This document shows, one piece after another, positions 14,901-27,478 of a stretch of 64,000 nt of DNA. The translations under genes and the position numbers were made by a program. Below the pieces are notes generated by a model that had not been told where the DNA came from, did not search any database, and saw only the letters and a program-made list of their open reading frames with translations. The stretch's first letter is position 1. Each line of letters starts with the position of its first letter. Source of the DNA: Podarcis vaucheri (lineage: Eukaryota); the NCBI GenBank assembly GCA_965113315.1, contig OZ220365.1. One strand, given 5' to 3'.

Positions 14901-15346
14901 CATTTTGATTCCAATTTGCCCATTCTGAGATGTGTCTCCTGTGGTTCATTTAATGAATGTGACAGAATCCTGAGCTTCTTTCAAAACCCAAGTTACTTTC
15001 ATCATTAAGGGTAATTTCACTTTAAACCAAGAGCCTGGTGTGGATGATATTCTGCCCTGGGCATATGAGACTATCCAAAGGGCTGCCAATTTGAGAATCA
15101 CAACTAATATATGCTGTATGCTACTAAACTTTACTGCTAAGTGCAAAGGTAGCCCAACAAACCATGAAGATATGATGCTCTGAAATGAACACAGAACTCA
15201 ATGAGTTATTGGAAGCCATGCGAGCATTTTAAAATAAGGCTGCAGTTCTAATAATGCCACTGAAATTGATTAAATTTTCCATGTGTAGGGAGGGTGTGGA
15301 AGTTTGCCACAGGTTTCATTTAATATATTTGCATTAATGACAATAA

Positions 15347-15490
15347 GAGGGGTGGCTAAGCCACAGCCCTCTAGCTGTTGCTGAAGTACAACTCCCATCA
15401 TCTCTGACCATTGGCCATGCTGACTAGGGCTGATATACGGTAAGTTGTAGTTCAGCAGCAGCTGGAGGATCACGGGTGGTGCACTCCACA
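15347..15490. mobile_element. Degraded hAT-type MITE (same family as 43159-43296)
   Basis: Shares ACAACTCCCATCAT...AGTTGTAGT palindromic core. Confidence 0.6.
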
Positions 15491-18400
15491 CAGCCTGTTA
15501 TCTTTTTTTACATATATTGGCGCTGGCAGTCTGGAGAAGGTGCAATAAAGCTCATGGATAAAGCTGGCAGCCAAGCGAAATAGTGCATAGCTGGGCTGAC
15601 AGGTGGGTGGATTGGGAGCTGAAAGCCAGCAAAGCCTGTAGGGAGAGTCTGAAGAAAGCTTGATTTTTACCCAAAGGATGGGTTGTCAAAGCAGAATCAG
15701 AGGCGTTTTAAAGTGCCATTTGGAATCAACATTGGCCCCTTATGTCACCTTACCTCTGCTGACTAAATATCTACAGAACTGCCTTCTGGCTATTAGCAAT
15801 GATGGCACTCAAGCGGCAACAGAGATCAGGCCAGCCACTCTCTCTTCTGGCAGCCTGCCATGAAATATATCTGGGACTAGTTATCAAAGTCCCTCGTTCC
15901 ATATTGTTGACATCGAACAACAAAACCCCATTTGCTGCAAAAGTTAGGACTTATTCCCCCTCCTATCCCCAACGAATGAGTAACTTTAGCACAGAAGAGA
16001 ATGGCTGCATCAAATATTTAGCAGCTGCTCTTTGCACCCCTCAGTATCCTGCCATATCTAGTTTTTCATTTCTATATATTGCACAAATGTATCTTAGCAG
16101 AATCACAAAAGTCAGAAAGGGTCATCCAATTTCCCTACATTCCCTACATTCCCCTATTGTCTCCTACAATTTAAAAAGGCTTATGTTGTTGTTGTTTAAG
16201 TGCTGATTTAAAAGGCAAAACAAACAAAATAAAATATTGGGAATTTAGAAAGGGTTATGAGAAAAAAGCACGTTGACATGTTGGAATTGTGACTGATATG
16301 AACAGCATAACCCCATTAAAAGTCCTTCATCTTCACTTGTGGAATGTGCCTCGACCCTCTAACATAACTCCACTCTGAGCTTAATATGGAAAAGTCTCAG
16401 ATAGGTCTGTCTTGGGTCATATGTGAACTGAACACCAACTGCCTTGGGAGTTCTGGCTAATCATGGACCATGCAATCATGCACCACCTCCTGAAGCACCT
16501 TGCTCTGCTCACAAGTCATTGACTTAGATCCTAAGGTTGCAACCCTAACGATGTCTACTCAGAAACAAGTGCTCTTTAAATTAAAGGGGCTTACTTGCAG
16601 GTAAGTGGGATTTGGAGTGCAGCCTAAGCAAGCTTCTGCAGGTGGGAGTGTCATGTGAGTGGAATTCTGATCATGAGACTCTCTCACTAATGGAAGTGGA
16701 AAAGTGACTTTCAGTAAACTCCCTTTTCCCCTTGCCAATCTGCCGCAGAGAGTTATGAATGGTGCTCCACAGCAGCATTGCGCAACTGCTGGGGAAAGGA
16801 GAGATGAGCAAAAAAAAGACATACCACCCCATACTCTGCTAGATACCAGCTCCCTCCATGAATGTAAGCAGCCCTTTCATTAGCAGAGGACTAGTTAAGA
16901 TCCAAGTTTGGTAGCTAAAGGGTTTTTCAATGCACACTTAAATCTTAGGGTCATAGTGTTCTTACAATATCCAACAGAGAGAAGCTTGGATAGATAAGGC
17001 TGGTTGGCTCACACTGGTAGAGCTTAGATCACAGCAATCTTGAAGGTGCACAAGATAACACTAGTTTTTTTATGAGATAGAAGAGAACCACATACTTGAA
17101 TTAATGTGCCTATGCAAAAATGTCCCTTATTTGTAAAGCTAAGGCATTAGAAGGAAAGCTAGACTGGAAGCCTTCTGCCTGATATATATTAGTCTTATGT
17201 ATAATGGGAAGCTTGAGTGTGGAAATGCATTCAACCAAGCAACCCCCCTCCCTTGCATTTTCAGGGGGTATGTAAGGTTTATACTGCATCCCCTTGGTAA
17301 CAACATGTTTAATACATAAATAGATGCCTGTAGGCTGGAAAATAGGGAAAACAAACGAATATTTGAACTGGCTCAAATATCCCCTCGATTCACCCATATT
17401 GTTATTTGTACAATGGCAAAGAGGAGAGTAGCTAGATGGAGGAAAGAAATTACACAGGACATCCTTGATGGCAGAAGGGGAGAAGTCGGTCACAACTTGC
17501 TTTATTCTAGCTTAGCAGTAGCAAGGCAGGCAGGGCATGAAAACAATGGTTGGGTCTGCTAAAACCTTTTATCAAGTCATACTGTTGGTCTCCTTACTTC
17601 AGTATTGTCTACTCTGACTGGCAGTGGCTCTCCAGGCCAGGTACCAGGCAGGAGAATGTCTCAGCCCTACTTGGAGATGCCAAGTCTCTCTAGGTCTGGA
17701 GAAGTTGTCTCTCTAGATCTGTCCAACTCCTCCCTTAAGAACTTAACCAGGTCTTGATTGTGGGATTCCCATAGGCATCTGGTTGGCCAAACCAAATGAG
17801 ACACTGGTCTGATCCAGCAGGACTCTTTTTATACTCTTAACCTGACCAACTGAGCAAAGGGGGAGATCAGTCTCCCCAAGTCAAAGCCAAAACAGGCCAC
17901 TAATGGCCTGCCACTACTAGTGCAGAGATACTTCTGTCCCCCCTGTATCCTATCACACAGCACAAAGCAAGTCCACTAAAGAAAGCAAGGATCCAGCATT
18001 TCCTAAATGATATATCCCATCTGCTGAGAAATCAAAGTCATATTCCTTTCTTTAACTAATCTTGCTAAATAAATTCTTGGTAATCTGCAGTCATCACAAT
18101 CAAGACAGGCTCGTGGGTTTGTGTTGGTGGGTGACACATCTGTCCACATGTTGCCACCCAGGGGCTGCTCTGTTAAGATCCCCTTTCCAAGGCCGTGACA
18201 TTAAATTATATCAGACATTCAAGTGCAGACCATCCAGTACTCCCATTATTTTTGAAAAATGAGGTTGCGAAAGTCTAAGGCGCCTCATTCAATCTTGAGC
18301 AGCCTAACAAATAAAGCAGAGCTGCTCTATTTGTAACCTGGTAGCCCAGTTTGGAAAATAAATGAAAGTTTTGATTAAATCAATGTGTTTTAGATATGCA

Positions 18401-18755
18401 TTTAAAATATGAGCCTTCAGAAAGTTCACAGTATGAAAAAGCGGGAGAGAACCCTGTGCTTCTTCGGTTCATTTTGTTTAGTGGTCATTAATACGTTAAT
18501 TGCCTCATGAATACAACTGAAATATCTACACTTTTCAAATTGCAAAGCACTTATTATTGGAGAAAACTGTGTCTCATTTCCATGCACTGAGGAAAATGTA
18601 CTGTACCTATGTTTGTTTGTTTTTGAGAATTCTCCAGTATTTTTGGAGAGGTTTTATTTTTTTTAAGCCAATATTTAAAGAAATAGTGGGGTTTTGTTTT
18701 TAGTAACTTCATCTTTCTCTTGGTATTTTGCAGGGCTGTTACCTCTCTTCATGAC

Positions 18756-19511
18756 TGTCAGGGGTTCAGGAGCAGAGGCGAGGGCAAGGGAGGAAACAGA
18801 GAGCGAGGGGGAGGAGGCAGAAGAAAGGATGAGTGATGACGACGACCCGAGATCTCCGAGTCTTTCCAGTGAATCAGAAGATTCACAAAAAGGAGCACCA
18901 GTGGCCAGGGCAAGGGGGGAGGCTAGGGGGACACCCCAGGAAGAAAGAGCCAGAGGGGACTCAGAGGGGAGCAGTTGGAGATCGGGACCAACGTCACCAC
19001 CAGAGAGTAGGAAAGAGGAAGAGCGCCAGGGAGCAAGCGCTGGCAGCTCGCAACAGGAGGGAGGGCACGAGTCAGGAGTGGCCACACCTTCATCGGGGAG
19101 CGAAGTGACGGTTAGACGGAAAGTGGAAGGTTGGGCGTGCGCGCCAAGTTCAAATGCACAGGAAGGTGGCGCAGTAGGCAGCCCGGAAAGGGAGCCAGGT
19201 CCTAAAGCCCGGCGCAAGGAGACAGGAGAGTCAGGGGGGTCAGCGTCAGAAGAATCCCGGAAGGAAGAGACCCAGGGGGGCAGAGGGACCCAGAGGAGAA
19301 CTGTCAGGCGGAAAAGGTGGAGCAGGGCTAGGATATTAAGTTGGTGCGCAAGGGGCGGAGACTCAGACGGAGCTTCGCCGATCTAAGCATAAGACGTAGG
19401 GTTGCACGCAGCAGCTCGAGAATGGAGACTGTAACTCAATAAAGACTTTTATTTAACGATCGCTGGCTAGCGTGATCCTCTGTGAGCTAGGATCTGGAAG
19501 TAACCCTGACA
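18756..19511 (+). mobile_element. Solo LTR (Gypsy-like, 756 bp)
   Basis: TGTCAGGG...CCCTGACA inverted termini, perfect 5-bp TSD ATGAC (18751-18755, 19512-19516), AATAAA at 19438-19443. Confidence 0.88.
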
Positions 19512-20971
19512 ATGACTATTTGAGAAATTGAACCCTAGCTTTTAAAATTTACCTGTTAAGATTAAATCAGATATTATGGGAATACAAAGAAAGCTAGAAG
19601 AACTTAAAATAACAAACTATCTAACTGTACATGAAAAATTCATGTATAGTTTTATGATCACCCCCCACTTTTTTCCCTTGCAATTGATCTGCTATGAGGC
19701 AGTATCCTGTTTTACTCACTGACATTGGCCCCCATGACATTCGACTACCTAAAAGGAATATTAATGTATACTTTATACTGGGGCTTCATTAGACCATACA
19801 TTTCTTGCATTGACTATAGCAGTTTAGGTCGTTTTCTTCCCAGCAGCAATTCAACAAAATAGTATCCTCTCATATCACATTTAATCTCTATTGTTTGACG
19901 TTCACTCATAGACTCACTGATTCAGTGGCATTCAAAACAGTTTGCTTATTTATTTAACCATATTTTTAACCTACCCACCTCTTTTTCAGGCAATTATTCT
20001 CTCCCAAAGCAGCTTGCATCAATTTAAAAGAGTAGAGGAGCACTGCCATCAGGCACATAAAGACCCACAAGGGAAAAGAAGTGGATGGAAAAGCAGAGAA
20101 ATGGAACATCAACTCCTTAAGGCCAGACTGAAGCAGTGGGCCATAACCAGGCATTTATAGTCACCTGTTTATAGTCATCAATTTATAGTTGATCTTCGCT
20201 GGCCAGTGTTCTTGCTTGAATAGCAGTTGATGGCTCTCAATGGATGGGGCCAGAACGTCCTCTCATTTTGCTTCTGCAATACTAAAGCAGACTGGAAGTT
20301 GGAGCGGAGTGTTCTTTCTGGCATGGAGGAGAAAGCAAGCTCCTTCTGTGGCCAGCGGATGGGGCCAGGCTGGCCACCCCCTTGCCACAAGGTTCTTCCT
20401 AGGAGCCTCCCAGTGGCCTTTGGTGCCTCTTACACTGAATATAATCTTCCATCTACAATTGTCTGAAGCACCAAACGGAAGCTTTAAAACATACCTAAAT
20501 AAATCCTTTCAATCCCATCCAGGGAGTATGTACAGACTTGTGATGTTTTCATGTCATGCAGACATGATGTTTTCATGTCATGTTCCTGTAAGAGAATCAC
20601 GGGGTGGTGCTGCGGAGGAAGTGTTTTGGACATTAACACAGAATGCACAGTGCTGTGTTGACAGCAGAAGAGAAACTCAGTCTGTTCACATTTTTATTGT
20701 ACATGAAAAATATGTTAAGACACCTGTGTGGTGCCTGTACAGAGTCGAAGAGAATTTTTTTGAGAGAAAACGGATTTAGTACCACAGTGGAGATGGAAAA
20801 ATATGAGCTTAGCTAACTCACACAATGTTTTTATGCATTTAAGATTAATTATGGGCACAACCCATACATAGCATCAGTGTGGTGTGGTGTCATGCTAGGA
20901 TGGGAGAAGCCAGTTCAAATATATACTATATTATTGTTATTTTGCTATTGATGTTGATATTATTAGTATTG

Positions 20972-20975
<4 letters not shown>

Positions 20976-21013
<38 letters not shown>
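20976..21013. repeat. (AC)n microsatellite
   Basis: Directly visible. Confidence 0.95.
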
Positions 21014-21014
<1 letters not shown>

Positions 21015-23241
21015 GCCCTTATTATGTGTATTTTATATACCACCCTTCGATGAAAGAGCACAAGGTAGTTTAAAACACAGAACACAAATGTCAATACATA
21101 ACATAATATCTGTACAATATAAAAATCAAAATGGTTACAATTGTCGTAAAAAATACGTAATAGAATATATATTTTTTAAAAAAAGATAAAATACAGATAC
21201 TCATAACAGCAACAGCACAAACGAAAAGGAAGGAGAACATCATCAGCCAGGTATCTAAAATACAAAAATAGTGCACAAATTCACAATTGTCTCTCTGTCC
21301 AAAGTAGCTCTTAATCCCAGCCCCACACAGAAAATGACAGACACTCTGAGCTTTCGCCTGGGAGCTTTCCTTTTCTCTCCCAGTTTCTCACCCTGGGAGA
21401 TGTTCACACTGTTTCTCACTGAGGGTCCTTCACTGAGGTCAAGCAGAAATCTGCCAATTCAAAGTCAGACAAAGCAGAGACAGTTAAATACAGATAAGCA
21501 ATATCAGGCAAAAGCAGATAAGGGGTCAAGGCAAAGGCAGTTAGCACCTTGGACAGCTCCACATCACATAGATTGGAAGTTTGACAAGACGGTCTTGAAT
21601 GCTGCTCCAACAACCAGCAAAGTCAGATTTAGCCTTAAGTGGACTACAGCTTCCACTGAGTAGCCAACCTCGCCCCTGGTGGTTGGAATCTTGTTTGGGA
21701 GCCATTGACTCTGGCAGCTCAGAGCAGCCCAGGATTCTCTATGATCTCTGAGCTGTCACCCTTAGAGTCTGAGAAAGGCAGTGCAACCTCTTAGGGTTGG
21801 AGAAGTGCAGGCATCACTTGCTCCTCTGGTGATGTAACACCTGAGGAGACAGGAACAACCAAGACTGGTTCTGAGGGGAAATTCTCCTCACAGTCGAAGG
21901 TATCCTCTGTATCCACAGCCTCAGTCCCTGAGAAACCCTGAGTCACATGACACCATAACATTTAGCGAGTAAGTTTAGGAAGTTGAAGAATTTTGTTTTA
22001 GCATTCAGGGATAGGTGGAGGTGAGGAGGAAATTGATCATTGTCCAGAGAAACCACCATTAAGGGACAATTATCTAGCCTGGTTTATGCAGCAGAATTCA
22101 GTGGTAAAATTCTGGGGTAATAGAATGGACTGTACCACTTCAAAATGCAGGTGAAGGTATCAATTTTTTTTAAATGTAAAGGAACATTTAAAAATGGTAT
22201 CTTCATTCGCAATCTGAAGCAGACCCTCTCTGTCTCTGGGGTATTCCCAACCGACAGCTAGCAGAATAATATACTATACCCTCCTTAGGGTGTTCCAAAT
22301 TGGCAGCTACTGGAATAATATATTGCTCCCTTCACAACAGTGACATGTATACTGAGCAGCCACAGACTCCAGAGAATTTAAATTGGCTTTGCAGCCACAT
22401 TTTCAGGACTGTAAAATGCTTTCCAGCTGCACTTTATGGGTTGGCTTAGTATTTCAGTTATCTAAAGCCAAAATGCTCTTGAGAATAAAACACACACACT
22501 ACTTAAGAGATAGTTAACTCTTCACCTAATGAAATCATGATTGCTATTTCAGAAATGAAATAGGACCACTTAATTAGATATAAGGCCTTCCTTTAAAGTA
22601 CTCTCCCCCCCCCCACTTAGCTCAAAGTGAATTAATTTTTAAACTAAAACTTTTCAGACTGAAGGATGGAATTATTATCCTAATCATAATAGCACCATTA
22701 TAGGGTTCAAATATTCATAGAAATCACTTCCGGTGCCGCCATGTTGAACAGAGGATCCCACGATTGCGGATGTCAGCCGGGCAGTTAATTAAGGATAATC
22801 TGGGAGTAAAATCCTGGGCCAATTTGGATCGCCATGTGTGTAGGCTCTCTGCATGCATATACTGGTGCACACAGAAAGCCTCTTCTCACACATGTAGGAC
22901 ACGTGGATGGTGAGGATGGGGCCACTGGGTGTGTTGACATCAGGGCTATCTTGTGCATAAGCTCCTCACATGTTCTTTTAATGTTTATCTGAACTCCCCT
23001 ATTGTCATAGCATACGGCATTTCACCAGCATTAAAAGACAAATTAGTAGCATTGTAAGACAGAGCTATTGCCTGTCAGCAGCCACCACAGTGAAATTCTG
23101 TATTAATAACATTATGCAGACATTTCAAATAAGGGATAGAAATTCAGTGTAGCATGGGCACATGTGTTGATTGTCTGTGTATCTGAAAGAATTTTGTCCT
23201 CTGTTCATCACAGAGTCAACTACCAGTGAAATCCTCTGTAC

Positions 23242-23379
23242 CAGGGATAGGAATTTTATGGTCTTCTAGATGTTGCTGTACTACAATTCACATCATCCCT
23301 GACCGCTGGCCATATTGTCTGGGGCTTATGGGAGTTGGAGTCCAATAACATCTGGATGGTGACAGGTTCCTCACCCCTG
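23242..23379. mobile_element. Degraded hAT-type MITE
   Basis: CAGGG...CCCTG termini and CTACAATTCACATCAT...ATGGGAGTTGGAG palindromic core. Confidence 0.65.
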
Positions 23380-24159
23380 TATACTTTGAAATATTTATTT
23401 ATAATAAGATGGGTACTGAAAAGCCACAAAGCAGACATGCCCTATTACCCTACTGAGTTTAGCTCCATCAGTGTGTATTACTCTCTGTGTTATCACAGCA
23501 ATACACCCACCTTTAGGGTCATCTTGAAAAGCCTTAAGTGTCCCGCTAAGTAACATTGCCCCCCAAAATCTGGATCTTTCACTCTCAGACCAGCCATATA
23601 GGATCATTACTTAGTGTAAAAGAACATTATGAACATTGCCAGAAATCCTCTGCGATGTCTGGCGTGTTAGTATGCAACATAAGCAATTAAACTGGAGGAA
23701 GGAAATGAAGGTGTAAAATCCTCTGGAGGTAATTTTCCCACTGGGTTATATAAAGCTGATCTCTTCACTGATCTGAAACTTAAGTACAGCAACTTTATTC
23801 TCGAATAGTTTTATAGTCTGTTGTAGTAAAACATCTCATTTATGCTGGGCTATGTTCTTGTCGGCAAATCTTCACAAGCTTTTGCACACTTTAATTAAAT
23901 AATTATCGCCATATCCCTGTGAGCCTTGAAAGGTGTCAAAGCTGTTCTACTGAAGCAGACAGGTAGATGTTATTAAACGCCTCCTTTGGGGGGGGGAAAC
24001 CGAGTGTGTTGGGTCACTGCAGTTATGTAGTGTCAACATTAACTAGCTGTATTTGTCTTCTAATCTTTCATTAAGGTGTTGTTGTTTTAAAAAAGAAATT
24101 ATTAAAAGTTGAATTCAACTTGTAAAATTAATGGTTCCTATTCAGTAACTGCAGAAAGG

Positions 24160-24425
24160 GTTGTAGCTTAGCAACAAAGCTTCTGGTTTGTATGCCAGAA
24201 ACCCAAGATTCCCTACCATTTCCAAGTAAAACTGGGAATATTCCCCGTCTGAACCTCTGGGCAGTTACTGCCAGCAAGTGCAGATCAGAGGGGGTTAACA
24301 TCTGGCTCTTCGGATATTGTTGGACTCCATCAGCCCCAGCCAGCATGGCCAATGGCCAGGGATGAGGCAGACAATACTGAGTGAGATGGACCAATGGTTT
24401 GACTCAGTATAAGGCTATGTTCCTA
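24160..24425 (+). mobile_element. Degraded tRNA SINE with nested hAT MITE remnant
   Basis: SINE 3' end GATGGACCAATGGTTTGACTCAGTATAAGGCTATGTTCCT; MITE core GGACTCCATCAGCCCCAGCCAGCATGGCC. Confidence 0.5.
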
Positions 24426-25149
24426 ACTAGTGAAACTTACTGAATGCAGCAAGGTGGTCATAGTACTTGTGACATCATGTCCACCTGCAACCCCACTGTA
24501 ACATTCCTGCAATGTTCCCTTGATGTTCTACCAAGGTCGCATTTGCACGGACACTTTACTACTGGAACTTCTCCTAGATCTGCTGCTGGATGTGCATCTA
24601 CTTGTGATAATCCATCATCTTTCATTTTGCTCTGTATCCAGTGCATGCGACACTGCTTCCATTCCACTGCAGTTTCAGTTCTGCAAGAACATTATTCAGC
24701 TTGTTGTGATGATGCCACATGACTGACAGGTAGGCACCAGCAAGGATGGGCAAGAGAGAAGAGGCAGGAGCCCACCTGCCTGCTTCCCTGCCATCCTCAA
24801 ACTTCCACCCCCCTCCTTTCTAGGTTCAGGGTGGCAGCAGCAGCCATTGCCTCCTTAGAATCGCTCAGCCAGGGACGGTTTCTGCTGCTTCCCTTTGTTT
24901 GCTTGGCCTTTCTCTTTGGGTGGTGCAGTAGCAAGGATTTGGCTCAGCAGCAGGGCGCCAGAAACAGTCAAAAGGAAGAACTGTTTCTGCCAGCTGACCT
25001 GTTTTCTCTTCCTCTTATGAACCAAGGTGGGCAAACTTCTGGCTTGTTGGATCCATTTTGCTGTGAAACCCCAATTTTATTTATTTATTTCTATGTTTCA
25101 TAAAATTTCTATATAGATTCATTGCTGTTGTTGTTGTTTTTAAAAAAAT

Positions 25150-25352
25150 CCTAAACATTTCCCAAACCAAATAATAATAAAAAATTGGTAAGAACAATTA
25201 AGACAATTAAACCACTAATAATATAAAAGCACACAAGCATTTTAGATGCATGGGTATGCTTCCTAAACAAAAACGTCTTTAGCAGCAGGTGCCAAAAAGA
25301 GTACAGTGAAGGCACCTGCCTGGCTTCAACAGGCAAGGAGTTCCAAAGTGTT
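25150..25352 (-). mobile_element. L2 LINE 3' fragment
   Basis: Minus-strand peptide LWNSLPVEARQVPSLYSF..LLKTFLF typical of the L2 ORF2 C-terminus. Confidence 0.65.
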
Positions 25353-25441
25353 CGCCACACTACAAGATCTTTAAAAACTTCCATCTAACTTATGTCGAAA
25401 CGACAGGGGTTGGGCTCAATACCTTCGCAGAACCTCAAGAC

Positions 25442-25647
25442 CAGGGGTCAGCAACCCGCGGCTCCGGAGCCGCATGTGGCTCTTTTACACCTTTGCCGCG
25501 GCTCCGGGGTGGATACTAGCGAGGGGAGGAGGCGCATTGTGTGCCCTGACACTCCCCACTTTTAAATGTCGCAATGGTTTTGCGGCTCCTGGTTTTTTTT
25601 TCTTCGGTCCAAGTGGCTCTTTTTGTCTTAAAGGTTGCAGACCCCTG
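25442..25647. mobile_element. hAT MITE (206 bp)
   Basis: TIRs CAGGGGTCAGCAACC / GGTTGCAGACCCCTG; perfect 8-bp TSD CTCAAGAC (25434-25441, 25648-25655). Confidence 0.92.
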
Positions 25648-25699
25648 CTCAAGACCAACCAAAACGCCCCAAACTAACCCTGGTTAAACCTATCACTGC

Positions 25700-26230
25700 A
25701 ACCTAATCCGGATGGACCGGGTCCTACAGCAGCTGTTCTGCAACCGTCTTCGTTTGTCCTCCCCGCAGAAACACGGAACACGCCGGGTTGGAAAAAAGAA
25801 GGCACCGCGCACGCGCACATTCGCCAGCGCTTCCCTGCCGTTGTGGGGTGGGGGGGGGGCAGGCGCGTGCTAGCGCGAGAGGGGCAGTGGGGCGGGGCCT
25901 CCGCGTCACTCTCGGCTTCCGCCTCCTTCCTCCGTCCGGCGGGTGAACTTTGAGGGGAGAATCTTGTTGTTGTTTGGCTTTCCCCTCCCCCAAACTTCCC
26001 TTCGCTTTTTCTTCCTCTTCCTGGTTCAAGGATGGTCGCTGCTCTCCTTGGAGCTGCTCAGGAGCTCGTTTCTTCTGCCAGCCTCGCCGCCGCCGCCGCC
26101 GGGCCCAGAGGGGGAAGCCGGGGAGGAGCCCCAAGGAGCTGATTCCAACCCTCCCAGGTGCGTCAGGCTGAGGAGAAGCAGCGGGTGAGAGGTTGCAGTT
26201 AGTGGCTTCGCCCCCACCTGTCGCTTACAC
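25700..26230 (+). promoter_or_regulatory. SHPRH: SHPRH CpG-island promoter and non-coding exon 1
   Basis: CpG-rich; NRF1-like CGCGCACGCGCA (25806-25817), GC box GGGGCGGGGC (25889-25898), CRE half-site CGTCA; candidate donors CAG|GTGCGT (26157) and CGG|GTGAGA (26184). Confidence 0.8.
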
Positions 26231-26965
26231 ACTTACACACACATGTGTGTGTTTATAGTTTTATATATAGAGGGAGAGACAGCTTCTTCGTTGGTCTATG
26301 ACGTGCAATAGGCCTTAATGTAGGGGGGGGGATTGTTACCGGCGCCTTGGCCTTGTTGGTACCCCTATTATCTGCATATTCTTATAATATGCACAATATA
26401 ATGAATAATTCTCTTGCGGTTTTGTATCTCGCTCCCCTCCCCCCCCAACAGCCCCTCTTATAAGTTGTTGGGAGGAGCACGCTAATCTTCTCTCTCCTTC
26501 AAAAAACAAAAAAATCATTTTCTGGTATGTCATGTGCATGTACAGCCAGAGCTTATTATATTCGTGATTTATCTGTTGGAAACAATTGTAGAAAATTCGT
26601 AGCATCTTTGTTTATAAGCATACAGTGAGGTGGAGGAAGGGGAATACCCCACTGTCTTTGCCCAGTGTCTACTCCACTTTGAAACATGGTAGCATAATTT
26701 ACACAGTTTAGTAAGGAATCCAGATTACATGGTTTTGAATGTGCGCATATGGATTCTTTGCCCATTTCACTTCCTGTCAGCTGATGTGGATTAAATGTCC
26801 TGAGTAACAGATGGGTCCCAGAGTTCTCGGTCACCTGTAGATAATATAATGCAAATAAATATGTATCAAGTTTAGTTTGTATCTGTGGCATAACTTCTTT
26901 ATTTGATGTACATGTATTAATCATGGTTTTTGTTTGTTAAGTGCAAACATGGTTGATAGTATATG

Positions 26966-27152
26966 CAACAAAGAGTCTTGTGGCATCTTAAAGACCGTCA
27001 AATTTATTACAGTGGACTAGAGTCAAGTTCTTTGGATGCATGATTGTAGTCTATAAATGTTTATGCTGTAATTAATTTGTTAATCTTTTAAGATGCCGTA
27101 AGGCTTTTGGTGTGTTTTGCTCCAAGAGAGTAACACAACTACCCCTTTGGAA
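26966..27152. mobile_element. Old Penelope-like element terminal fragments in inverted arrangement
   Basis: AAAGAGTCTTGTGGCATCTTAAAGAC...AAATTTATT is the approximate reverse complement of downstream AATTAATTTGTTAATCTTTTAAGATGCCGTAAGGCTTTT; the end TAACACAACTACCCCT resembles CCAACACGGCTACCT in the younger segment at 50943-51070. Confidence 0.55.
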
Positions 27153-27478
27153 TAAGTTTGATTGTGTGGCTGATTTCCTCCTTGAGACAAAATGTCATGT
27201 GGTACTACCAACATTAATAGTCCTTTCATGAAGAGTTAAAAATACTGCCTGTATCCCTCATTTCTGCCTCCATCCCTCATCTGTCCAAATATTTTAGCTT
27301 TAAGGCAATGAGGGTGTGTTGTAGTATAAGGTGGCATAAGGCAAATTCTTAATGAATGCCCAGATAGAAGCTTTCTGAGGAACAGGGTTGTGGGTTTTTA
27401 AGTTGTTAATCAGCAGGTATTCATGTGCCTGGTCTTTGTTGTCATATTAACTTAGTGATTAAAGCAAGTCTCTCATGT

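Noticed and set aside
20240-20779. 179-aa intergenic ORF
   Set aside because: No recognisable domain or splice structure; includes a local 24-bp tandem duplication (20541-20582).
22735-22788. Kozak-like GCCGCCATG start
   Set aside because: ORF is only 15 codons; better explained as a YY1-like motif.
25724-26232. ORFs in the CpG island (up to 136 aa)
   Set aside because: Low-complexity Arg/Pro/Gly products of GC-rich sequence.
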